A stretch of 64,000 bases of DNA from Patescibacteria group bacterium (GTDB lineage Bacteria; Patescibacteriota; Gracilibacteria; UM-FILTER-43-11): assembly GCA_018813295.1 (NCBI GenBank), contig JAHJBZ010000002.1, forward strand, positions 1,935-65,934, written 5' to 3'. Position numbers and translations under genes: made by a program. The notes under the pieces were generated by a model. It worked only from the letters and a program-made list of their open reading frames with translations. It had not been told where the DNA came from and did no database searches. This document shows, one piece after another, positions 1 to 8,145 of this stretch. Position 1 is the stretch's first letter. Every line of letters starts with the position of its first letter.

Positions 1-2144
1 TCGCTGCTTGGGGAGTTGATGTCTAAGTGTATGTCGTCTCCGGCTGTAAATATATCCGTCTGGTCTACAAGGGCAATGTAGTACTGCTGGGCAGGGGTGC
101 AGTCTGTGGATTGATTCGGGGTGTAGCCATTGTTTATATCACATGTACAATCGGGGAGGCAGCCTGTACCGCTGTCACATTCTTCATATATCTGGTCATC
201 ATTCGGAGTCTGGAGTATGCCGTCTCCGCAATAAGTTGCTCCTGCCTGTGTTACAGTAATTATAGATGTTGCTTCATTCGTAAGTTCATCATCATTTGTT
301 ACAAGCAGGGAAACCACATAAGTTCCTTCCACATCCGGAGTGAAGTCGGCTGTTTCGTCTGTGGCGTTTAATTGGGAACCGGAGTTCTGGGGTTTGTTTT
401 TAAGTGCCCAGAAGTAGAGTGAATCTCCGGGATCTTTTTCGTTAATTACAGTGGCTGTAAGGTTTATTGCTGATCCTGTTACTCCTGACCTTGGGCCGGA
501 GATGTATGCCTGGAGTGAGAGGCCTGAGGTTATTTCAGGATTTGTATATTCGTATTCTGTTTCCTGCGGGGACTGGATGTCAGACAGGCCGAGAGGAGGC
601 CAGGAGATGTTGGTATATGTGGTGCTTCCGTTTATTTGGAAAGCGCGGAGGACGAAAGATTCACTACCTAGTAGTGTTTCATCGATGGTGAAGTAGTAAT
701 TTTCTCTGGTTTGGTCGTAGGAGACATTTGTTATCTGGATAGGAGTTTCTCCTTCCATTACTTCTTTGGAGGCTGGGCTGATCTGGGATTCAGTGAATAT
801 CTGGAAACCGTTTTGGGGCTGGGTCAGGCCGTAGATGTCATCCACTGTTAATTGGTTGAAGGATATGTAGATGACGGAATCGTCTGTGTTTGCCTGTTCT
901 TCGGCACTTGTTATGTAAGGAAGCATACCGGAATGGATATCTGTGTAGCCCGCGTGAAGAACCTCACCTCCGTAATTGGAGTTGATGTAATCCAGAATAT
1001 CCTGATCTGTTACAGGCGCGCTGTTCTGGGGACCGGATGGGGTTATGTTGGCCTGGTGGGGGGCGGTTGGGGTGGCGGTTATTGTGCTGTTTGGGTCATA
1101 AGTTTCTCCAATCCAGACCTCCCCTGAGTAAACGAATACTTTCACTTCACCCAGGCAGAGGTCGATATCATCTACACATACGCCGAATTCCGTTCCTTTG
1201 GTGCCGGCAACGGCCTCAATTGTTTCTATGTTGAATTCAGATCTGCTGGCAAGGCGGACTACCTTGTTCCAGACTTTACCGGAGAGGAGTTTTGCCTGGA
1301 CTTTGGTGGAAGTGGTGTCTTCGTCGTTTTCAATTACCTCAGAATCCTCCTGAATTCTTAGTTTGCTTTCCGCGGAGAGGGTGGAAAGAGAGCCGTCAGA
1401 AAAATAGATGTCCACATAAGAATCAGCATACGTCTGAATTACATCTCCTGCAAAAAGAGGCTGTGTGTAATCAACGGCTAATATACCATTAGCGGAATCA
1501 CAGTCGGTGATATCAGGATCGTTTAGACCCGGGCAAACATATACTTCTCCGGCTGCATCTGCCAGGCCTGCCGAAATAACCCTGTGATCTGGGTTGTATG
1601 GAAGGTTTGTAGTGCTTTGGTGAACAACAAAATTAGGACTGTTGTAAGCGCGAATCAGGCTTGGTAAAAAAAATCCTTTACCTATATTTTCCTGAGTTTC
1701 AGCCCGGTATTCACCATTTTCATAAACTACGCCGGCCACCTGAGAATACTCACCATCCGCACTTACGCCGTAGACGTAACGGGAATTGGTTCGCGGATCA
1801 GTCGGCACCTCCTGGAGATATTGTTTTGTGAGCAAGTTGTTATCTATCATACCCTGATAAAACGTTGCCGAATCGCAATCATGAACGTAAGTGGCATCCG
1901 CTGCAAAACAAAGCACATTCATACTTCCGCCCGGTTCGGGTATTGGGTAAGTATTGTTGTGATCTTTTTTGTAACGCTCAAGGGCATTGGAAATGGCATT
2001 TAGATCGACGCCTACTCTGTTGTTTTTAAACCAATTACTTGTCCCTCTTATGCCAAAATAAGCTGCAGTGCTAAGCGTGCCGATAATTACGACTACAATC
2101 AGGAGTTCGACAAGAGTAAAAGCTTTTTTGTTGAGAATTTTCAT
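1..2144 (-). CDS. Large type IV pilin-like (class III signal peptide) surface protein; 3' end lies beyond window start
   Basis: Minus-strand ATG at 2144-2142 opens a frame that stays open to position 1. It is absent from the ORF track because it leaves the window. The N-terminus MKILNKKAFTLVELLIVVVIIGTLSTAAYFG is a prepilin leader plus FTLxE plus hydrophobic helix. Hand translation of 141-248 gives QAGATYCGDGILQTPNDDQIYEECDSGTGCLPDCTC, a CGDG..EECD Cys-rich repeat. Confidence 0.75.
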   Translation of the reverse strand, partial: MKILNKKAFTLVELLIVVVIIGTLSTAAYFGIRGTSNWFKNNRVGVDLNAISNALERYKKDHNNTYPIPEPGGSMNVLCFAADATYVHDCDSATFYQGMIDNNLLTKQYLQEVPTDPRTNSRYVYGVSADGEYSQVAGVVYENGEYRAETQENIGKGFFLPSLIRAYNSPNFVVHQSTTNLPYNPDHRVISAGLADAAGEVYVCPGLNDPDITDCDSANGILAVDYTQPLFAGDVIQTYADSYVDIYFSDGSLSTLSAESKLRIQEDSEVIENDEDTTSTKVQAKLLSGKVWNKVVRLASRSEFNIETIEAVAGTKGTEFGVCVDDIDLCLGEVKVFVYSGEVWIGETYDPNSTITATPTAPHQANITPSGPQNSAPVTDQDILDYINSNYGGEVLHAGYTDIHSGMLPYITSAEEQANTDDSVIYISFNQLTVDDIYGLTQPQNGFQIFTESQISPASKEVMEGETPIQITNVSYDQTRENYYFTIDETLLGSESFVLRAFQINGSTTYTNISWPPLGLSDIQSPQETEYEYTNPEITSGLSLQAYISGPRSGVTGSAINLTATVINEKDPGDSLYFWALKNKPQNSGSQLNATDETADFTPDVEGTYVVSLLVTNDDELTNEATSIITVTQAGATYCGDGILQTPNDDQIYEECDSGTGCLPDCTCDINNGYTPNQSTDCTPAQQYYIALVDQTDIFTAGDDIHLDINSPSS

Positions 2145-2230
2145 ATTTTTGTTTTTATTTTTAACTTTAAGTTATTTTAGCACGATGGTAGGGTGGAAGC
2201 AATTTATCTCACATATATTAAATAATATAA

Positions 2231-2773
2231 CTATTCCTCACTTACCGGCGTTAAAAAATAGTAAATTTTCCCTTCGGTTTCATCTGAACTCGTAACTTTG
2301 AACACTGCATTTTCTTTATTGCGCGATATATAATAATGTGCCTCTCCTTCGTCATACTCAAAAAATACTGCTTTATCTGGAGCTCCTTCCCAAGGATTAT
2401 AAAAATTTAATTCCTTATGAACTACTTGGTTATTTTTAACGAAAATAATTCTACGTTTAGAGCCTTCACTTGAGTCAACATTATATTGAAAGTTTAATAT
2501 TTCTTCTACTAGCTCGTTACTAACTGCCTCTCTAAATATGTACATTTTATCCCAATCAAAGTCTGTAACTTCATCTGCTGAAACAATACAGTTCTCGAAA
2601 TTACCATTACATTGTTTCACCATATCCCTAGGCCATTTATCACGGTCATGGAAAAATTTTGGCCAATTCATCACCGTTGACCCAATAATAATAAGTAAAA
2701 CAAATATACTTATTCCGATCAGGAAAAGTTTCAGAATAATTTTTAGGATTTTTTTAATTAACTTCCCCTCCAT
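2231..2773 (-). CDS. Small N-terminally membrane-anchored protein, paralog 1 of a tandem pair (function unknown)
   Basis: 180-aa ORF with one N-terminal TM helix. It shares the blocks KQCNGNFENCIVSA(D/N)EVTDFDWD..YIF and RR.IF(V/I)KNN..VH.EL with the upstream 174-aa ORF. Confidence 0.6.
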   Translation of the reverse strand: MEGKLIKKILKIILKLFLIGISIFVLLIIIGSTVMNWPKFFHDRDKWPRDMVKQCNGNFENCIVSADEVTDFDWDKMYIFREAVSNELVEEILNFQYNVDSSEGSKRRIIFVKNNQVVHKELNFYNPWEGAPDKAVFFEYDEGEAHYYISRNKENAVFKVTSSDETEGKIYYFLTPVSEE

Positions 2774-3278
2774 GAGATAAAGGTATTATGCGATAGAAAT
2801 CCTCAAATATTTGTATGAGAAAATTATCATTATCTTTGTCAATAGATATGTAATGAGGACTTAGCTCTGATCCATATTCATAAAATGCAGTTTTGGAAGG
2901 CGGGCCATCAAATTGTTCATAAGAAAATAATTCTTCATGAACTATATTATTGTTTTTTATAAAAATTGTCCTACGTTTCATCTCTGCCTTTTCATTGCTG
3001 TACTCTATTTGTAGAATTTTGCTTATTTGCGAATTGTTTACACTGTCAGAAAATATATATATTCTATCCCAATCAAAATCTGTAACTTCATTTGCTGAAA
3101 CAATACAGTTTTCAAAATTCCCATTACATTGTTTCACAAGATTCTGCGAGAAACTGTCTTTATCATAAAAGAATTTTGGCCAACTGATAATTAAATATGA
3201 AACAAATAATAAGGAGATAAAACATATTATGACAAATACTAGAATTTTCGCGGTGTTTTTTAGGTTAATTTTAAACAT
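2754..3278 (-). CDS. Small N-terminally membrane-anchored protein, paralog 2 of a tandem pair (function unknown)
   Basis: 174-aa ORF with the same architecture and conserved blocks as 2231..2773. It overlaps that gene by 20 nt. Confidence 0.6.
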   Translation of the reverse strand: MFKINLKNTAKILVFVIICFISLLFVSYLIISWPKFFYDKDSFSQNLVKQCNGNFENCIVSANEVTDFDWDRIYIFSDSVNNSQISKILQIEYSNEKAEMKRRTIFIKNNNIVHEELFSYEQFDGPPSKTAFYEYGSELSPHYISIDKDNDNFLIQIFEDFYRIIPLSHGGEVN

Positions 3279-3304
3279 AATTGGTGTTAGAAAATTAAAT
3301 AACT

Positions 3305-4546
3305 CTATCTTCCGTATTCATCTAAATTACTTACATTATAAAGGACATCCCCATAGACCTCTAAAGACAATTTTTCTAATTTTATTTGAAATAAATCATT
3401 ATCTTGTTTTTCGGCCACCCACAACCCGCTATCTCTGAAGTAATTTAATGTTATTATAGCTAGCTCTTTTGCGCTTTTATCTTTATTAATAAGGCCAATT
3501 GATCTTCCAATAATATTATTTCTCAGATCTACAGACTGATCAGCATCTTTTGCCTTATCAAAATACATTTCATCAACTTCATTGCCATCAATTGCACTAG
3601 AATTTATTTCATGTGCATTGCCAGCATCTATAGCTATCTCCTCTCCAAATTCCTTTGCAATCATAGCTTGCCACAATATATGTCTAAAAGCATTTCTTTT
3701 TGATGCATATCCATTGTTCTCATTAGTTAATTGGCTATTGAGTGCAAATCTGCCTGCAATTGAACTTATGTTATTAAGATCAATTTTATAAATTCCAATC
3801 TCCAAAGCTATCTTCGGCTGATTAACAAAAAACCAGAAATGCTTGATAAGCTGTGTAATCTCCTCCACTGCCTTGTCACTGGAATCTGCTATTGAATCCA
3901 CTATATAGCTCCATATCGATGAAAGGGAATTGTCATCACTCTCATCAATATCACCGCTATCTTCTTCACTTCTATGAATACCATTCATATATAAAAATAT
4001 AGAATCAGTTATACCAGATTCGTCTGAGGGGTCATTTGAAGGTTTATTTTCCAGTGCAGTTATCAGGCACACATCATTATTTAATAATGACTCAAATTCT
4101 TCTTTTGAAATCCCGTAAATTAAATCATTACCACTGGTGCTGACTGGTATGGTTTGCAATGAGTGTTTGCCAGCTATTGACGTGAAATGCAAATAAGCAT
4201 CGGCTGAATTTAAACTGTCCAGCTCACTAAGAATATAGGTATCTTTTTTAGGAACTATGAAAGAAATTAGGCTCTCTGCTTCAATAAAACCATAGCTTCT
4301 TGGCCCTAAAAGTTTATTTTTTACTACTACATTACCGTCAATTTCATCAAGCTCAATTGATCCGGATAAGTAGCTTTCACCCAAACATTCAGATGTTGAT
4401 GAAAATTCGTGTGCAATATCTTCAGCATAAGAGTAATTTATTGCAAAAAAGAGAGTAATCAGAATGATGCATAGGACAAAGTAACTATGAAGAGTGATAG
4501 CCTTTTGGGTAGCTGTGGCATATTGCATGTGTAAAAAGCTTAGCAC
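3305..4546 (-). CDS. Secreted or membrane-anchored protein with a C-terminal NAFRHxxW...AHE...DLRNNxxGR motif domain (function unknown)
   Basis: 413-aa ORF with an N-terminal hydrophobic signal-like segment (VLCIILITLFFAINYSYA). The C-terminal third carries RNAFRHILWQAMIAKEFG..AGNAHE..VDLRNNIIGRSIG. It lies directly upstream of, and co-oriented with, the paralog pair. Confidence 0.6.
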   Translation of the reverse strand: MLSFLHMQYATATQKAITLHSYFVLCIILITLFFAINYSYAEDIAHEFSSTSECLGESYLSGSIELDEIDGNVVVKNKLLGPRSYGFIEAESLISFIVPKKDTYILSELDSLNSADAYLHFTSIAGKHSLQTIPVSTSGNDLIYGISKEEFESLLNNDVCLITALENKPSNDPSDESGITDSIFLYMNGIHRSEEDSGDIDESDDNSLSSIWSYIVDSIADSSDKAVEEITQLIKHFWFFVNQPKIALEIGIYKIDLNNISSIAGRFALNSQLTNENNGYASKRNAFRHILWQAMIAKEFGEEIAIDAGNAHEINSSAIDGNEVDEMYFDKAKDADQSVDLRNNIIGRSIGLINKDKSAKELAIITLNYFRDSGLWVAEKQDNDLFQIKLEKLSLEVYGDVLYNVSNLDEYGR

Positions 4547-4598
4547 GAATATATATTTTATAAAAATTTGTTTTATTGCTTTTTTACCCCTTATTTTA

Positions 4599-4782
4599 TT
4601 GATATTTAAGCCAAAATTTGGTATAATGTATAGATAATATCTACTTACGTGTGGACCAGGGCTAGCGCCCGTAGACCAGCTTCGCGTTGACCTATGCTAG
4701 CGCCTGTGGAATCTACATGAAATAGGTCCACACGAAGTAGGTCTACGCCGTAGGCAGATCGGTCCACAATGAAGTTAGAAAA
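4599..4782 (+). promoter_or_regulatory. Promoter (TTGATA-17-TGgTATAAT) plus ~150-nt structured leader cassette, copy 1
   Basis: -35 TTGATA is at 4599-4604 and the extended -10 TGGTATAAT at 4619-4627. Direct words GTGGACC/GTAGACC/GTTGACC follow, then their complements GGTCCAC/GGTCTAC/GGTCCAC, ending GAAGTTAGAAAAATG. A near-colinear copy is at 20934-21111. Confidence 0.55.
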
Positions 4783-6825
4783 ATGTTTAAAAAAATTGCA
4801 AAATTCATAGGTCTTGGCATTGCTGTGCTTGCAGTAACCGCATTATTTATGCGGCAAGAGTGGCTTATGAGCTTTCAATTAGGTATGCAAAATAAATTTT
4901 ACGACTATGATTTGCCAAGCAGCGAAATAGTGGTTGTGGCAATTGACGAAAAGAGTCTGGAGGAAGATCGATTAGGATTATTTGGACAATGGAAGAGGTC
5001 TTACTACGCAGACGCAATCGAAATATTAAATGATGCTGATGCGGCTGTAGTTGGAATAGACGTTACATTTCCGGACCAGTCATCACATGGTTCAGGCGAT
5101 GATGCAGTGCTGGCCAATGTTTTAGAAAAATACGACAACGTGGTTATGGCCTCCCGTTATTACTTTGAGGACGGAATGAAGGTAATTCAATGGCCCAACA
5201 ACACTTTAATGTCCGCAGATCCGAGTTTAGGATGGATTAATGTGCAGCTTGATGGAGATGGTTTTGTTAGAAGCTTGCCTCTTTTTGCCGCATCTAAGAA
5301 TGAGACTATTGAAGCATTTTCACTTGCCCTTTCTCGCATTTATTTAAATGTTGACCCTGTTGATTATCGTATTGTGGGTGATGAATTTAATTTTTCGGAC
5401 AATATTGTAATACCAACTATTACGCAACGTGATTCCCAGACACAGCAGGATGTTCATTCGATGTACATAAATTATTTTGCGGAACCAAATCGTTTTACGC
5501 ATATTTCTTTCTCGGACGTGCTTGATGGAAATTTTATTGATAAACGCGGTAACCCGATTGATTTTACGGATAAAATTGTATTAATTGGCCCTACTGCAAT
5601 TGATTTGCAAGACGATTATTTATCTCCTGTCAGCCAAGGCGTGCGTATGCCCGGTGTTGAGATCCATGCAAATAATATTCAGACAATAATTACAAAGCAA
5701 TTTTTGCGCGACCAGTCGACTTTAAGCTTGTGGATTACGCTGCTTTCTTTTTTGGCGATAAACATCATTTTATTCTCATTTCTTAAAGTTCGTTTCGCTA
5801 TTCCGCTTGTTCTTGCTGAGGTTTTTGGAGTGCTGGTTGCAGGGATTGTCGGTTATGAGTTCAGGATTTTTGTGAATGTAATTTATCCGATTCTGATAAT
5901 CTTTTTGAGTTTTATCGGAACGTATCTGGTGCGCTTTATTATGGAGCAGAAAGATCGTAAATTTATTGAAGGTGCATTTGGGCATTATGTAAACGAATCA
6001 GTTGTTAAACAAATTCTCCAGAATCCGAATATGCTCGAGCTCGGTGGAGCTAAGAGGGATATAAGTGTGTTCTTTTCGGATATAGCCGGATTCACCACTA
6101 TTTCGGAAGGTATGGAACCGGGAGAACTTGTTTCGTTTCTGAATGAATACTTAAAGGAAATGACGGAGATTATTTTAAAGCATGGCGGAACTCTGGATAA
6201 ATATGAGGGCGATGCAATTATGGCGTTTTGGAATGCACCACTCGCCCAGCACGATCATGCACTGAATACCTGTTTGGCAGCGCTGGAGAGTCAGGAGCAG
6301 TTAGTTAAACTGCGTAAGAAATGGGCAAGTGAAGGAAAGCCGGAAATTCGTGTTCGCATTGGCATTAACACCGGTGATGCTGTAGTTGGCAATATGGGCT
6401 CTGAGGATCGTTTTGATTACACGGCTATTGGAGATAATGTGAATCTGGCCTCCAGGCTTGAGGGCATTAATAAGCAATATGGGACCGGTTTGATTATTTC
6501 CGAATTCACCTTTAAAGAAATTAAAGATCATTTGATTTGCCGTGAACTTGACCTTATCCGGGTAAAAGGTAAAAACGAACCCGTGAGAATTTATGAACTC
6601 ATTAGCAAAAAAGACGCTGCAAAGAAAGATGTAACTGAAAAATTAACTAAGTTTGCAGAAGCGCTTGCGGATTACAGGAAGAAGAACTTTTTGGCTGCTA
6701 AGAAGAAGTTTGAGGAAATTAAGGATGATTTACCTTCACAGGTTTTTGCGAAAAGATGTGATAAGTTTATGGAAAACCCACCAGCTGGAGATTGGGATGG
6801 AGTGTATACGTTTACGACGAAATAA
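4783..6825 (+). CDS. CHASE2 sensor-domain class III adenylate/guanylate cyclase
   Basis: 680 aa with an N-terminal TM helix, a periplasmic CHASE2-like region and three TM helices. The cyclase homology domain carries FFSDIAGFTTISE, YEGDAIMAFWNAP, RIGINTGDAVVGNMGS and GDNVNLASRLE. Confidence 0.9.
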   Translation: MFKKIAKFIGLGIAVLAVTALFMRQEWLMSFQLGMQNKFYDYDLPSSEIVVVAIDEKSLEEDRLGLFGQWKRSYYADAIEILNDADAAVVGIDVTFPDQSSHGSGDDAVLANVLEKYDNVVMASRYYFEDGMKVIQWPNNTLMSADPSLGWINVQLDGDGFVRSLPLFAASKNETIEAFSLALSRIYLNVDPVDYRIVGDEFNFSDNIVIPTITQRDSQTQQDVHSMYINYFAEPNRFTHISFSDVLDGNFIDKRGNPIDFTDKIVLIGPTAIDLQDDYLSPVSQGVRMPGVEIHANNIQTIITKQFLRDQSTLSLWITLLSFLAINIILFSFLKVRFAIPLVLAEVFGVLVAGIVGYEFRIFVNVIYPILIIFLSFIGTYLVRFIMEQKDRKFIEGAFGHYVNESVVKQILQNPNMLELGGAKRDISVFFSDIAGFTTISEGMEPGELVSFLNEYLKEMTEIILKHGGTLDKYEGDAIMAFWNAPLAQHDHALNTCLAALESQEQLVKLRKKWASEGKPEIRVRIGINTGDAVVGNMGSEDRFDYTAIGDNVNLASRLEGINKQYGTGLIISEFTFKEIKDHLICRELDLIRVKGKNEPVRIYELISKKDAAKKDVTEKLTKFAEALADYRKKNFLAAKKKFEEIKDDLPSQVFAKRCDKFMENPPAGDWDGVYTFTTK

Positions 6826-6834
6826 GCTTATCGA

Positions 6835-6897
6835 TTTTTCATTTGAGATTTTTCATTTTACATTTAATTGAAAAATGAAAATTGAAAATTGAAAAAT
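6835..6897. repeat. AT-rich imperfect hairpin (TTTCATTT/AAATGAAA word family) at a convergent gene junction; possible bidirectional terminator
   Basis: tttttcatttgagatttttcattttacattt-aatt-gaaaaatgaaaattgaaaattgaaaaa. It is nearly identical to the element at 11051-11113. Confidence 0.55.
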
Positions 6898-7451
6898 TAG
6901 TAAGCTATCCAATATATCGCAAAAGCTATTGATACAATAAAAACGTTTCGAATCATTGTTTTGTAATCGCGTTTGTAAGGAACTTTCTTTTTTCTTGTAA
7001 GGATGAAATAACGGGTTACATCGTAAAAATAAGTGCTGAGTACTAAAATCAGGATGTAGGAAATAAAGGTTTTATCGGCATATAAACTAATTGGATCGAG
7101 TGATGTGTTTGGGGTGACATTTCCAATATAAAATGCAACTCCCGTAAGTATTAATAAATGAGTTACCTGATCACCTATGTAGAGTTGTAATTTCCATTTT
7201 GGATGTTTTTTATCTAGCTTTACCTTTATTTGGTCGATGATGTTGTGAGTTACAAAAATTACAGTAATTCCTATCCAAACGCTTTTTAGGTGTAAAAATG
7301 GAGATAAAACTGCTACTAGAACCGCCAAATGGATTAGACAATGCAAAAGCACGCCTAAATAAGTTTTATGCTTATATTCAACCAATTTATTTGGCTGCAG
7401 TGGATAATCCGCCAGGAAATGTATTAGGTAAAAATAGAGGAGGAGGTTCAT
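6897..7451 (-). CDS. DUF3307-like integral membrane protein
   Basis: 184 aa and multi-TM. The N-terminal HFLADYPLQ motif is typical of DUF3307. Confidence 0.55.
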   Translation of the reverse strand: MNLLLYFYLIHFLADYPLQPNKLVEYKHKTYLGVLLHCLIHLAVLVAVLSPFLHLKSVWIGITVIFVTHNIIDQIKVKLDKKHPKWKLQLYIGDQVTHLLILTGVAFYIGNVTPNTSLDPISLYADKTFISYILILVLSTYFYDVTRYFILTRKKKVPYKRDYKTMIRNVFIVSIAFAIYWIAY

Positions 7452-7516
7452 TTTTCATTTATCATTTAACATTTTTCATTTAGCACTAAAGCACCGTAGG
7501 GCTACAGCACCCAGAA

Positions 7517-7909
7517 CTAAGAATTGGCGTTTGCCCTTTTTACAACTTCGTAACTGACTATAGAAGCGATGCTGGCGTTGGTTTCCAGTAATCGGCGGAA
7601 GTCTTCTTTGTCCAGAGTGAGCACTTCTACATCTGTAACAGTTTTAAGGGTGGCGTTTCTTGGTTCATCGGACACAAGTGCCATTTCACCAAAAAATTGA
7701 TTGTCGGAAAGAACGGCAACAATGGTGTTGTCGCGTAATACTTGGACTTGACCGCGTTTGATGATGTACATTTTGTCGCCCGTATCACCCTCTTCGAAGA
7801 TTACGTGATCAGCGGCAAAATATTCCATCTGAATTTTGCTAATAATAGCTTGCAGGTCATCATCCCCGAGCTCTGCAAAGAATGGTATGTTTTTTAATAT
7901 TTCTTGCAT
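7517..7909 (-). CDS. Stand-alone cyclic-nucleotide-binding (CAP effector) domain protein
   Basis: 130 aa with a cNMP-binding fold signature (FFGEMALVSDEPRNATLKT and GD..YIIKRGQV). No DNA-binding domain is attached. Confidence 0.8.
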   Translation of the reverse strand: MQEILKNIPFFAELGDDDLQAIISKIQMEYFAADHVIFEEGDTGDKMYIIKRGQVQVLRDNTIVAVLSDNQFFGEMALVSDEPRNATLKTVTDVEVLTLDKEDFRRLLETNASIASIVSYEVVKRANANS

Positions 7910-8059
7910 TGTATTTTTATTTTACGATATAACGATACAACGATATAACGAGACGACTTTTTTTTCAAGGTATTATCAGGGTATTATGTTGTTTCGTCGT
8001 ATCGTTATTAGGAGGGGCTTGACTTTTATGAAATTTCATGAAACGATAAGAAAACTGAT

Positions 8060-8134
8060 ATTCAATTCAAAATTCAAGATTCAAAATTAGAAAATTATTT
8101 TTGAATTTTGAATCTTGAATTTTGATTCTTCTAA
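8060..8134. repeat. AT-rich hairpin (TTCAAAAT/ATTTTGAA word family) upstream of uvrA
   Basis: attcaattcaaaattcaagattcaaaattagaaaa / tttttgaattttgaatcttgaattttgattcttctaat. A related copy is at 25576-25638. Confidence 0.5.
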
Positions 8135-8145
8135 TTAAATATTAA

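Noticed and set aside
27-2003. Seven plus-strand ORFs of 60-114 aa at the window start.
   Set aside because: All lie antisense to the long open minus-strand pilin-like frame (ATG 2144). Their products are Cys/Gly/Val-rich, low-complexity and motif-free.
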